Assembly (NCBI GenBank): GCA_965279375.1
Contig: OZ257156.1
Location: 2,848,001 to 2,912,000 of the forward strand
Length of the DNA: 64,000 nt
Origin: Gemmatimonas sp.
GTDB lineage: Bacteria; Gemmatimonadota; Gemmatimonadetes; Gemmatimonadales; Gemmatimonadaceae
Reading direction: 5' to 3'
Shown piece by piece: positions 51,078-61,902 of the stretch. The notes under the pieces were generated by a model that was not told the DNA's origin, made no database searches, and saw only the letters and a program-made list of their open reading frames with translations. Each line of letters starts with the position of its first letter. Position 1 is the first letter of the stretch. A program made the translations under genes and the position numbers.

Positions 51078-51113
51078 GCAAACGGGGGACGCCAGCTGGC
51101 GTCCCCCGTTTGC
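51078..51113. terminator. Perfect 36-bp palindrome, bidirectional terminator
   Basis: GCAAACGGGGGACGCCAGCTGGCGTCCCCCGTTTGC between convergent genes. Confidence 0.8.
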
Positions 51114-51135
51114 TTATCGCTCGTATATCAGTGCA

Positions 51136-54030
51136 TCAGCGTTCGATCTTGATGCCCAGCATGCCCCACGACTTGTAGGCTTCGAACGACGGATCGTCGC
51201 CGCCACCGCCGCGGTTCTGTCGATCGCCCACGTACGCGCGAAGCGGCGTGTTCGTCAGGTTGATGAACTCACCGAAGACCTTGATACCGTTGCGCACCGT
51301 GAACGAGCCAGACGCATCCACCTGGAAGCGCGACTTGGTGCGCGTATCTGCTTCGGGTGAAGCCGGATTGATCGTGGAGAGGAACGCACCCGAGTAGTTG
51401 CCGCCGACGCGGAGCGAGAGCGGCCCACGGTCGAAGAACACGCCGAGGTTGCCCGCGTTACCGGTCTGGCCGGGGAGCGGCGTCTTCACGCCACTGCGCC
51501 CGCGCCCGGGGATTTCGGCGTCCGACGTGGTGTAGGTGTAGTTGGCATTCAGGCCGAAGCTGCGCAGGATGCCGGGCAGGAACGTCAGGTTCTGCTGCCA
51601 TGCGACTTCGAAGCCGTACAGATTGGCGGTGGGACCGTTCACCGGCTGCGTGATCTGCGTTGCGTCGGGTCCGACGGCGTCGCTGGCGGTGCGGGCGCGA
51701 GAGATCGGGAAGATGAAGTTCTTGAGCGACTTTGCGAACGCCCCCGCCGCCACGAAGCCGACATTGCGGAAGTAGCGCTCCACCATGAGATCGTAGTTGA
51801 TCGCCGTGGTGGCTTCCAACGCCGGGTTACCGATGCTGGCCGTCTGCTGACCGGCCTGCACATTGAGATAAGGCACCATGTCGTTGAACTGCGGACGAAC
51901 CAGCGCGGTGGTGACGGCCGCCTTCACGTTGGTGTACTCGTCCACGCGCCACGTCGCGTTGATCGAGGGGAACACGTTTGCGTAGCTCGCCGTGCCGGTC
52001 GTGTCGGAGATCGGACGCGTCAGTGCAGTACCGGCGGCGTTGAGCGCGACGACCTTCGCGGTGTTCTCCACGCGCGTGGCCTCAACGCGCACGCCCGGCA
52101 CGATGCGCAGCGGGCCGGCGTCGAGTGTGGCCATCAGGTAGCCCGCGAACACGTCTTCGCCCACGGAGTACGACCCGCCAGCGGAGACCGTCTGCGACGT
52201 GAGTGCATTCACGGTGAACGCATTCGGATTCGCCTTGATGAAGGCACGCATGCGTTCCGGATCGAACGTGCGGCCGAACTGATAGCGGTTGTCGAGGATG
52301 GACCGCCCGGAGGACTCGGTCGTCAGCGCGGACATCAGCGTAGCCGCGGTCGCGCCCGCACTGTTCGTGCCGATGGCGTTGGTGTAGGTGGTGTTCTGCA
52401 ACGAGTTCGAGCGATTCTTGAGGCGAGCCGAAAGTCCGCCCTTGATCGTGCCGATGAATCCACCAAACGAGACCGGCATGGACGCATTCATTTTGGCGCT
52501 CACGTCGTCGTCCTTGGTGTTGCGCACTTCACGCACCAGGCTGTTGAACGGGAAGCGCGAAGGATCGTCGAACGAGCCCGTCACCACGTAAGCCCGCGGC
52601 CGATCCGGCTCGGACACATTGTAGGCGAGCGTCATGTTGCTCTGCCGAAACGCCATGGTCAGCACGTCCGGACGCTCTTCCGTCGCGCGTGACGTCCCGA
52701 TGGCCCAGTCGAACGCCTTGCCGCCCGCGAAGTAGTGTTCGCCGCCCAACTGCGCGGTGTAGATGTCCTGAATGACTTCGCGGAGGCGGATGTCGCGGTC
52801 GAACTGCGAGCCGGTGGTGGTGCCGGAGTCCCCCGAGACCAGGTTCCAGCGCGAGCCTCCGCCGCCGCGGAAGCGGAAACGCGCACGAGCACGCACTTCA
52901 TCGTCGCTGAACTGGTTCCACGTGCCGCGCAGGAACAACTTGCTGTTGTTGCCGAGCAGGTAGTCGATGGTGCCGTTGGCACCGTTGCGCTGACGATTCA
53001 CCTGCGGATAGTCGCGGAACTCGAGCAGATTCGGCGCGTCGAGCGAGGTGAGCGACGCGTTGCCGGCGACGCCGCAGTTACGCGTCTGCGAGCACCAGTC
53101 GCCTTCGACGTTCTGCGACGCGCGATCGTTTCTGTAGAACGTGCCGCCGAACATCGCGCCGAACTTCTGCGAGGCGCCGAAGCGCTTGCCCGCGTTCAGG
53201 CCCGCGTTGATCAACGCGCCGCCGCCAAGCTGATTCTGGCCACCAGCGAACGTGGCGTTGAGCAGCGGCTGGTTCGCGCGCGCGGTGCGCGTGACGATGT
53301 TGACGTTGCCGCCGATCGCGTCGGCGTCCATGTCCGGCGTCAGCGTCTTGGCGATCTGGATCTGTGCTGCCTGGTCGGACGGGATCACGTCCATCGGCAG
53401 CTGGCGATTGTTCTGCTCCGGCGTGCTGACGCGCATGCCATTGAGCGAGATCGAATTCAGATCGGCGTTGGTGCCACGGATCTGTACGAAGCGTCCTTCG
53501 CCCTGATCGCGCACCACGGCGACGCCCGGCACACGCGCCAGCGCTTCGGCGAGGTTCGGGTCGGGGAGGCGCCCGACGAGTTCGTTGTCGATGACGCTCG
53601 AGATGGTCGACGAGGTGCGCTGCTGGTTGAGCGCGGACGCTTGACCGGCCACCTGGCCGCGCACCTCCACAGCGGCGAGTGCGGTGACCGCCTCCGTCAA
53701 CTTCACATCAAGACGTGCCGTGGCGCCGTTGGCGACCGTGACGGCCTTGGTGACCGGCTGAAAGCCGATGTAGCGGAACGTCAGCGAGCGACTGCCCACC
53801 GGAACGTTCACGGCGCGGAAGGCACCGTTGTCGGTGGCGGTGCGAATGCTCGTTCCATCGACGAGCACCAGCACGCCGGAGAGCGGGCGTCCCTTGGCGT
53901 CGGTGACGGAGCCGGCGACGACGCCCTGCGCGGCGAGCGGCGCGGCGGAGAGCGAGAGCAACGCGGCCGCACGCAGCACCAAGCGCGACGCGGTCAGTTG
54001 CGTGAGAATCCGAACAATGGGAGCGGTCAT
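51136..54030 (-). CDS. TonB-dependent receptor with an N-terminal carboxypeptidase-regulatory-like domain
   Basis: Signal peptide, G.V.D..G.PL.G domain, plug NLAEALARVPG..DQGEGRFV.IRG, GGNVNI.T, GNP.L, beta-barrel. Confidence 0.93.
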   Translation of the reverse strand: MTAPIVRILTQLTASRLVLRAAALLSLSAAPLAAQGVVAGSVTDAKGRPLSGVLVLVDGTSIRTATDNGAFRAVNVPVGSRSLTFRYIGFQPVTKAVTVANGATARLDVKLTEAVTALAAVEVRGQVAGQASALNQQRTSSTISSVIDNELVGRLPDPNLAEALARVPGVAVVRDQGEGRFVQIRGTNADLNSISLNGMRVSTPEQNNRQLPMDVIPSDQAAQIQIAKTLTPDMDADAIGGNVNIVTRTARANQPLLNATFAGGQNQLGGGALINAGLNAGKRFGASQKFGAMFGGTFYRNDRASQNVEGDWCSQTRNCGVAGNASLTSLDAPNLLEFRDYPQVNRQRNGANGTIDYLLGNNSKLFLRGTWNQFSDDEVRARARFRFRGGGGSRWNLVSGDSGTTTGSQFDRDIRLREVIQDIYTAQLGGEHYFAGGKAFDWAIGTSRATEERPDVLTMAFRQSNMTLAYNVSEPDRPRAYVVTGSFDDPSRFPFNSLVREVRNTKDDDVSAKMNASMPVSFGGFIGTIKGGLSARLKNRSNSLQNTTYTNAIGTNSAGATAATLMSALTTESSGRSILDNRYQFGRTFDPERMRAFIKANPNAFTVNALTSQTVSAGGSYSVGEDVFAGYLMATLDAGPLRIVPGVRVEATRVENTAKVVALNAAGTALTRPISDTTGTASYANVFPSINATWRVDEYTNVKAAVTTALVRPQFNDMVPYLNVQAGQQTASIGNPALEATTAINYDLMVERYFRNVGFVAAGAFAKSLKNFIFPISRARTASDAVGPDATQITQPVNGPTANLYGFEVAWQQNLTFLPGILRSFGLNANYTYTTSDAEIPGRGRSGVKTPLPGQTGNAGNLGVFFDRGPLSLRVGGNYSGAFLSTINPASPEADTRTKSRFQVDASGSFTVRNGIKVFGEFINLTNTPLRAYVGDRQNRGGGGDDPSFEAYKSWGMLGIKIER

Positions 54031-54186
54031 GAACGGCGTTGAAGAGCGCGGGAAGGGATTGGTCGCCGACGGGTTCCTTACGGCGCGGTTAACTTTCCCC
54101 GGCTTTCGTCACGGTCTTATGCGCGGTTTGTCACGAACGTGTATCGCGCCGTTACATAAGTTTCGTCCCTCCCTCCGGTCCCGGAA

Positions 54187-54885
54187 ATGTCACGCCCCAT
54201 CGCACTCGTCACAGGCGCTTCGCGCGGCATCGGCCGCGCCATCTCGCTGGCCCTCGCCGCGTCGCACGACCTGATCGTCGTTGCGCGTGACGAGGCACAC
54301 TTGACTGAAACGGCGGAACAGTGCCGCGCGGTCGGCGCCGCAACTGAATGTATCGTGCTCGACGTGAGTGATGCGGTCGCTGTAGAACGGGCGCTCACCG
54401 GGCGTGTCGTGGACGTACTCGTGAACAACGCCGGCGTGGCGGTGCTGCGCCCGTTTCTCGACACTACACCGGCCGATTGGCATCGCATGGTCGATGTGAA
54501 CATCAACGCGCTTTTTCACGTGACCCGGGCCGTCTTGCCCGGCATGGTCACGCGCGGACGCGGTCACGTCTGCACCATCGGCAGTACCGCCGGTCGCAAC
54601 ACCTTCGTGGGCGGCAGCTGTTACGCCGGCACCAAACACTTTGTGATGGGCTTCGCCGAGTCGCTGATGCTCGAAGTGCGCGACGCCGGTGTGAGCGTGT
54701 CCGTCGTCATGCCCGGCTCGGTCGATACGGATCTCTTCCCGCCGGGCACCAACCGATCGTGGATGCTGGAGCCCAACGACGTGGCGCAAGCGGTCGCCTA
54801 CGTGGTACAGACGCCTCCGCACGTGCTCGTGCACCGCATCGAGGTGCGCCCGCTTTCCCCGAAGCGGCCGCGCGACGGCGCGTAG
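54187..54885 (+). CDS. Short-chain dehydrogenase/reductase
   Basis: TGASRGIG, NNAG, YAGTK (YxxxK). Confidence 0.92.
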   Translation: MSRPIALVTGASRGIGRAISLALAASHDLIVVARDEAHLTETAEQCRAVGAATECIVLDVSDAVAVERALTGRVVDVLVNNAGVAVLRPFLDTTPADWHRMVDVNINALFHVTRAVLPGMVTRGRGHVCTIGSTAGRNTFVGGSCYAGTKHFVMGFAESLMLEVRDAGVSVSVVMPGSVDTDLFPPGTNRSWMLEPNDVAQAVAYVVQTPPHVLVHRIEVRPLSPKRPRDGA

Positions 54886-55055
54886 CGCACGAGGGCCCGC
54901 GCTCTCTGCTCGCGGCCGCCCCCGCCTCTGCTCGGGGGCCGCAGCCGAACGGCGCGCTGGTGCGTATTCTTCTCAGGTGCGATCCGTGGCCAGAAGGCCC
55001 GTGATCGCGCATCGGAGCTACTTCGGTCCACCTGATTCGCCACTCGGCTACTCCC

Positions 55056-55394
55056 ATGCACCAACAGTCCCAACGCCAGCTGCAAGACCGTGTCACGGCA
55101 ATGACCATTCCCAACGTCCTGTCGGCGGCCGTTCGATTCTTCTCGCGGCGCGGTGGGGTCTACTCCGCGTTCGTCGAGTCGCAGGGACCGACGCACGTCG
55201 CACTCCGCGGGCAGGGAAACGAGGAGATCGTGATCGGCGCATACGCAGTACCGGGCGGCTCCCGCGTGACGGGAGCGAGCTACCTCTTCGACCAGCAGAT
55301 CGCCCAGTTCCTCGCGTCGCTGCCGCCCGCTGCGGCGGTGGAGCCGGAGCCTGAGCCGGTGGCGGATGCTGCGGCGGCCGGAGCGGTCGCATGA
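55056..55394 (+). CDS. Small hypothetical protein (alternative start 55101)
   Basis: Coding-like ORF; ATGA overlap with the next gene; no motif recognised. Confidence 0.65.
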   Translation: MHQQSQRQLQDRVTAMTIPNVLSAAVRFFSRRGGVYSAFVESQGPTHVALRGQGNEEIVIGAYAVPGGSRVTGASYLFDQQIAQFLASLPPAAAVEPEPEPVADAAAAGAVA

Positions 55395-55716
55395 GCGCGC
55401 CGTTCGTGACGTCGCTGCGCGCACGCTCGGCCACCATTCGGCTGGCCCCCGAGTCGAGCACGGCCGTTTGGACAGTCCGAGTGCAGGTGGCCGAGGTGTG
55501 GGACGCCGTTCGGGTCGAGGCGCTGCCGGGAACGCCCGTGCGTGAGGTGAAGCAGGCCGCCATGGTCGAGCTCACGCCAGACGTGGACGCGATCGACAGC
55601 TATGTGGTCAAGCTCGGCGGGTTCGAGATTCACGACGAAGGTCTCTCTCTGCAGGCGGCCGGTGCGGCCAACGGCTCCACGCTCCTGCTCATGGCGCGTC
55701 GGCGTCGGCCGGTGCG

Positions 55717-55720
<4 letters not shown>
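55391..55720 (+). CDS. Ubiquitin-like (beta-grasp, YukD/EsaB-like) protein without C-terminal GG
   Basis: Pattern aligns by eye with ubiquitin (V.EVK helix; LGG.EI.D...SL...G...GSTLLL); ends RRRRPVR. Confidence 0.6.
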
Positions 55721-56733
<1,013 letters not shown>

Positions 56734-56769
56734 CCTGCGCGCGATCCGCCGCGCGCCGCTGACCCTGAC

Positions 56770-57687
56770 GTGACGGGATCGTACGGCCCTCTCCTCGACG
56801 CACTTCGCGGCGTGCGCTGGCCAGCGCGTCGCGCCGTGGGCGCAGCGCTGCCGGGTGCGCATCGGTCGCGGCAGCGCGGCACGTCGGGAGAATTCACGGA
56901 GTACCGCCTCTATCGCCAAGGCGACGATCCCAAGCAGCTCGACTGGAAGCTGCTCGGCCGCAGCGATCGAGCGTTCGTGCGATTAACCGACGATCGCGCG
57001 CTCGTCTCGACATGGATCGTGTTGGATGGTTCGCTGAGCATGGCCTATCCCGCCGAGTCTGCGACGCTGCCTGCACCGTCACCAAACAAGTGGCGTACTG
57101 CGCGGTCACTTGCAGTCGCGCTGAGCGCGGTGGCCAACGCGAATAGCGATCCGGTGGGTGTGCTCGTTGCCAGCGCCGAGGGAGCTACGCGGCTCGCAGC
57201 GCGGACGCGTCGTGGCACCGTGGGCGAGATCGCGCGCACGCTGGACGGTTTGCGCTGTGGCGGCGCGCAGCCGCTGGCACCGCTCCTTGCGAGCGTTCCA
57301 TCTACGGCGCGCGTGGTGTTGATCTCCGATCTACTCGGAGACCTCGACGACGTGTTGCGAACGGCTGCGCAGCGAGCCGTGGCTGGCGCCATCGTGGAGT
57401 GCGTGCACGTCGTCGCCGCCGAGGAGGTCACGCTGCCGCAGGGGGCCTTTCTCGCGCGTGACCCCGAGGCGCCGGCGATCGCGCGTGTGCTCGAGTCGCG
57501 CGCGCAGGAGCGCTATCGCGAGAAGTTCGCCGCATTCCGCGCAGAGTGCGCGCAGCGATGGCGTGCGGTGGGCGCCGGCTACTCCGAAGTGCGCACGGAC
57601 GCGCCGCTTCCGCGCGTGGTGCGACAGATCGTGGCAGGACAGGGGCGCGTGGAGTCACGCGTGCACGATCACGGCGGTGGCTCGTGA
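56770..57687 (+). CDS. DUF58 (vWA-like) protein
   Basis: G.HRS..RG.SGEF.EYR.Y..GDD...LDWK, LDGSLSM MIDAS, ISD. Confidence 0.9.
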   Translation: MTGSYGPLLDALRGVRWPARRAVGAALPGAHRSRQRGTSGEFTEYRLYRQGDDPKQLDWKLLGRSDRAFVRLTDDRALVSTWIVLDGSLSMAYPAESATLPAPSPNKWRTARSLAVALSAVANANSDPVGVLVASAEGATRLAARTRRGTVGEIARTLDGLRCGGAQPLAPLLASVPSTARVVLISDLLGDLDDVLRTAAQRAVAGAIVECVHVVAAEEVTLPQGAFLARDPEAPAIARVLESRAQERYREKFAAFRAECAQRWRAVGAGYSEVRTDAPLPRVVRQIVAGQGRVESRVHDHGGGS

Positions 57688-59045
57688 TGCAGTTTGCGCA
57701 GCCCTGGCTGCTGATGGCGGGTGTTGTGGGCGCCGCGCTCATCACCGCGCTGCACTTTCTCTCGGTGCGCACGCCCCCTGAGCTGCTGCTGCCCACCGCA
57801 CGATTTCTCGACGAAGGCGAAGTGCGCGCCGTGTCGCGCAGCGCGCGGCCGAGCGATCTCCTGTTGTTGCTTCTGCGCATCGCGGCGCTCTTGTTGGCTG
57901 CAATCGCGTTGGCGGGGCCGAGATGGGTTCCGGCGCGATCAGAGCGCCTGGAGCTGATCGTTGCCGATGCGTCGTGGCGCCGAGATAGCGCGACGCTCGT
58001 GCGTGCGCTTGGCCTGAGCTCGGGGCAAGCGGCCGCTTCGACCATCACGCGTTTTGTCTGGAGCGACTCGCTCGACAGCCACGGCCAACCTGCTGGCCTT
58101 CGCACGGACGTAGCGGCCGCCGTTCCCCTCGCGCTCCGCGCCGCGGCGCAGCAGCTGGCACTCTCGCCGGCAGTCGATTCTGTCGCGCTGCGCGTCGTGC
58201 TGCCAAGCGGCAGCGAAGCCGCGAGTCTCACCGCCGACAGCGCAGGGGTGTGGCGCGGATGGCGGGGGCAGTGGCCCGGCGCAATTCGCCTGTACGGTGA
58301 CTCCAGCCGGCCCGTGGCGGTGCCGGTGCGATTGCGATTCGACAGTGTGCGCGCCGATGATCCGGTGCGTGCCGCGCTCGCGTTGCGGGGAGGCAATGCG
58401 TCGTCGTCTGCTTCGTCATCTGCCCCGGCGCGACTGGTAGTCGTGCAGCGACAGCGCGGACTCGCGCCCGCGCGCGACTCGGCGAGCGTGACGATCGTGT
58501 GGCCAAGCGATGGCACTCCTGCTGGATGGACTTCCGCGAAGGACACCGCCGACGCGTTGGTGGCGGATAGTGTTGCCCTGGTGGGGGCGTGGCTGCGAGT
58601 GGCTCGTCCTCCGATTTCGGATGCGAAGGCGACGCGGCCGATTGTCTGGTGGAACGACGGGCAGGCGGCCGCGACTGAGCGAGTCAGTGGTGCGACGTGC
58701 GTGCGAGATGTTGGCGTGCCGCTCAGTGCGTCGAGCGATCTACTGCTCGACGAGAACGCGCGCGGCATGTTGCGTGCGCTGCTGGCGCCGTGTGCAACAA
58801 GCGCATCTGGCCTGCGGAGCGCGCCGGCCCTTCTTGGCGTCGACACGCTTGGCTCGTCGCGAGCTGCCGCTGCCTCAGCCCTTCGCGCGAGTGAGTCCGA
58901 CGCGACGGCATCGCGCGTGCTGACGATCGGGCTCTTGGTCGCAGCACTGCTGCTCCTGCTGGCTGAGACATTCGTGCGCACGCGCAACGGTGACGGTGAG
59001 AGCGCCACTGCTGCCAGGGCGCGTCGCGAGGTGACGGCCGCATGA
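57687..59045 (+). CDS. BatA-domain membrane protein
   Basis: MQFAQPWLL...LHFL...PT.RFL...LLLLLR...LAGP N-terminus; C-terminal TM LLLLAE. Confidence 0.8.
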   Translation: MQFAQPWLLMAGVVGAALITALHFLSVRTPPELLLPTARFLDEGEVRAVSRSARPSDLLLLLLRIAALLLAAIALAGPRWVPARSERLELIVADASWRRDSATLVRALGLSSGQAAASTITRFVWSDSLDSHGQPAGLRTDVAAAVPLALRAAAQQLALSPAVDSVALRVVLPSGSEAASLTADSAGVWRGWRGQWPGAIRLYGDSSRPVAVPVRLRFDSVRADDPVRAALALRGGNASSSASSSAPARLVVVQRQRGLAPARDSASVTIVWPSDGTPAGWTSAKDTADALVADSVALVGAWLRVARPPISDAKATRPIVWWNDGQAAATERVSGATCVRDVGVPLSASSDLLLDENARGMLRALLAPCATSASGLRSAPALLGVDTLGSSRAAAASALRASESDATASRVLTIGLLVAALLLLLAETFVRTRNGDGESATAARARREVTAA

Positions 59046-61279
59046 CCCAAGACCTGTCGTCTTCGCAACCAACTCGCCTCGCGAACGCGCCGACGCTCGT
59101 GCTCGATGACGTCGTGCGTACACAACGTGGCCTGCGTCGTGTGGCGCTCTTGCGATCAGCGCTGATTGGACTGAGCGCCGCGTTGGTCACGGTGTTGGTC
59201 GGTCTTCTGGTGGGTCGACTCGTGACGGTTCCGCCGATCGTGATTGTGGTCGGCGCGTTCGCGATGGCGCACATCGTTGGACTGTCGCTGGCTGCTCGAA
59301 CGGGGAATGTCGACCCGGTGCAGACCGCGCTGTGGATGGAAGAGCAGGCGCCTGCTGGCTTTGCGCTGGTCACGCTGGTGGAGCAGGAGGTGCAGGGTGC
59401 GAAGTCGGGAGCGATGGACGCTGCCGCAGCACAACGTCGCGAGCGGTTGGCCAATGCTGTCGTCGAAGCGACTGGCGGTTCTGCTCGCGGCAGCGAACGC
59501 ATCGCGGCCGCGCTCAAGGCCCTGCTGCTCTCCCGCCTGCGTGGACCTGCGCTCTTCCTGCACATCGCGCTCGTGCTGCTTGCCTGGCTGCTCATCGCCT
59601 CGCGACCGACGCAGGCTGCTGGTGCCGGCGCGAGCGCTGGACTCACGTCTTCAGGCGCCGAGGCCTCGCGCGCACCGCAGCCGATCGGCGCGTGGCGCGT
59701 GCGTATCGAACCACCCGCATACTCTGGGCAACCCGCACGCGACGCGGGCGACGTCGAGAATGCACGGGTGCTGGCGGGTACTCGCGTGATCATTGTTGGC
59801 ACCGGCGCACTCCCGGACTCGGCGGTCGCGCGAACGTTGGGAGACTCTGCCGCGCTTGCACTCACGTTGGGTACTTCGTCCGCATCCGGCGGCGCAGTAG
59901 TCGCGCCGGCGGTGGCGCTCACCGCCGCATCCGAAGGTTGGCGCGCGTCGTTGCTCGCGACTCCGGCGCCCACTGAATTGCGCTTCTCACGTGGGCCTAT
60001 GCGCCGACTCCTGTTGCTCGAGGGCTTTGCGGACTCGTTGCCGCGCGTGACGTTGGAGCTTCCTGCGCGAGACAGCGTACTGCGCCGTTCCAGCGGTTCG
60101 TATCCGTTGCAGGCGCGCGTGCACGATGACCTCGGCCTCGCGCGCGGCGCTTTCGAGCTGATTGTCAGTTCCGGCGAAGGCGAACGCTTCACCGCACGCA
60201 CCGTGCGCGTGGGAGCGCAGAGCTACGCGGGTGCACGCGATGCGCAGCTGCGCGCGGCGCTCGATCTCGATGCGCTCAAGCTGGGTCCCGGGGACATCAT
60301 CCACATCCGCGCGGTCGCGCGAGATGGGCTGCCAGACAACGCGCGCGAGTGGGGCACCAGCGAGACGCGTTCGATCCGCGTGGCGCGCCCCGCCGAGTAC
60401 GACTCGGTGTCCGTGGAGCCCGCGCCTCCGCCCGAGGTGGACAAGTCGCTGCTCAGTCAGCGCATGCTGCTCATGCTCACCGAGAAGTTGGAGAAGCGCC
60501 GACCCACGTTGAGTGCGGCCACGCTCGAGTCGGAATCGCGCGGGCTCGCGCGCGATCAAGCAAGGTTGCGCCTCGCGGTGGGTGATGCCGTCTTCCAGAG
60601 ACTGAGCGGTGAGTCCAGCGCCGAGCATTCGCATTCGGCTGGCGATGGGCATGACCATGGTGTGGATTTGATCGGCGGCAAGCTCGCTGTGCCCACGGGT
60701 AACGTGAGCGCAACCGGAATGCTCGAGGAAGGCGATGACTCGCCCGTCATCGGCATCAACAAGCCCTTGCTCGAGGCGTACAACGCCATGTGGGACGCGG
60801 GACGCGCGCTCGAGCTGGCGGATCCCAAGGGTGCGATTCCGCACATGCGCGTGGCCCTCGCGGCGATCGAGCGTGCGCGCGCCGCGTCTCGTTTGTACCT
60901 GCGTGGCAAGCCGCCCACGGTCATTCTCGATCTGAACAAGATTCGGCTGGCGGGGAAAGACACGGGCACTACCAACGCGCGCACTGTTCGGACCACCCTT
61001 CCGCCAACCGCGCGACTACGGGAAGCGCGACTGCTGCGGGCGGCGGATCTCGCGCAGCGCGACGTAGGCGCCGCGCGCGATACGCTGTCAATCATGCGCC
61101 TGGAAGTACTCGGCGACGACGCGGCCTTGGCCAGTGCTCTCGATGGCGCCATCGATGCGCTCCGACGCGGTGGCGACGCGACCGATGCGTTCGTCCGCGC
61201 CCGTCGCGTGATTGGCGGCGTGGCGCGTGGGGATGCGCGCTCGAGCGCGCCTACGTGGTCACGTATGGGGCCACCGTAA
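59042..61279 (+). CDS. DUF4175-like membrane-anchored Ig-fold + helical protein
   Basis: N-terminal TMs, PPAYSG, D..P.V, DDLGL, L.PGD; MoxR operon context. Confidence 0.65.
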   Translation: MTQDLSSSQPTRLANAPTLVLDDVVRTQRGLRRVALLRSALIGLSAALVTVLVGLLVGRLVTVPPIVIVVGAFAMAHIVGLSLAARTGNVDPVQTALWMEEQAPAGFALVTLVEQEVQGAKSGAMDAAAAQRRERLANAVVEATGGSARGSERIAAALKALLLSRLRGPALFLHIALVLLAWLLIASRPTQAAGAGASAGLTSSGAEASRAPQPIGAWRVRIEPPAYSGQPARDAGDVENARVLAGTRVIIVGTGALPDSAVARTLGDSAALALTLGTSSASGGAVVAPAVALTAASEGWRASLLATPAPTELRFSRGPMRRLLLLEGFADSLPRVTLELPARDSVLRRSSGSYPLQARVHDDLGLARGAFELIVSSGEGERFTARTVRVGAQSYAGARDAQLRAALDLDALKLGPGDIIHIRAVARDGLPDNAREWGTSETRSIRVARPAEYDSVSVEPAPPPEVDKSLLSQRMLLMLTEKLEKRRPTLSAATLESESRGLARDQARLRLAVGDAVFQRLSGESSAEHSHSAGDGHDHGVDLIGGKLAVPTGNVSATGMLEEGDDSPVIGINKPLLEAYNAMWDAGRALELADPKGAIPHMRVALAAIERARAASRLYLRGKPPTVILDLNKIRLAGKDTGTTNARTVRTTLPPTARLREARLLRAADLAQRDVGAARDTLSIMRLEVLGDDAALASALDGAIDALRRGGDATDAFVRARRVIGGVARGDARSSAPTWSRMGPP

Positions 61280-61902
61280 TGTCCACCGCGCGCGAACCCT
61301 TTGTCTTCGCGACAGCCCAGTACGACTCGGGGGACTGGGATTCGGCACCGATGGTGCCGGCGAATGTGATCGATTCCGTCGCGCGATACACATCGCTGCC
61401 AGTCCGACCGCAGGGGGTCTCTGTTCCGCTGTCGTCGGAATCGGTGTTCGGATATCCGCTGCTCTTTCTCACCGGGCACTTGCCGGTGCGCTTCACCAAC
61501 AAGGAGAGCGATGTGCTGCGGCAGTATCTGCGGCGCGGTGGCTTGCTCTTCATCGACGATCACAACCACGATGTGGACGGCGCGTTCAACAAGACGGTGC
61601 GCGAGGAGATCCGGCGCGTTGTCGGTGAACTCAAACCACTGCCCAACACGCACGAGTTGTATCGCGCGTACTTCGTGTTCGACAATGGCCCGCCAACCAC
61701 GTCGCACGAAATGAACGGCTGGGGTGACAACCTCGTGCACGAACATCTCGACGCCGTGTTGTTTGGATCGCGCATCGCTGTCTTGTTCAGCAACAAGGAC
61801 TATAGCTCCGAATGGAGCTACCATCCCGACAACAAGCGCTTCCTCTCCGTGGACAACACCAAGTTCGCGGTCAACCTCGTCGTCTACGCGCTGACCCGCT
61901 GA
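61279..61902 (+). CDS. DUF4159 protein
   Basis: GDWD, YP.LF.TGH, L..YL.RGG.LFIDD, N.VVYALT. Confidence 0.85.
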   Translation: MSTAREPFVFATAQYDSGDWDSAPMVPANVIDSVARYTSLPVRPQGVSVPLSSESVFGYPLLFLTGHLPVRFTNKESDVLRQYLRRGGLLFIDDHNHDVDGAFNKTVREEIRRVVGELKPLPNTHELYRAYFVFDNGPPTTSHEMNGWGDNLVHEHLDAVLFGSRIAVLFSNKDYSSEWSYHPDNKRFLSVDNTKFAVNLVVYALTR

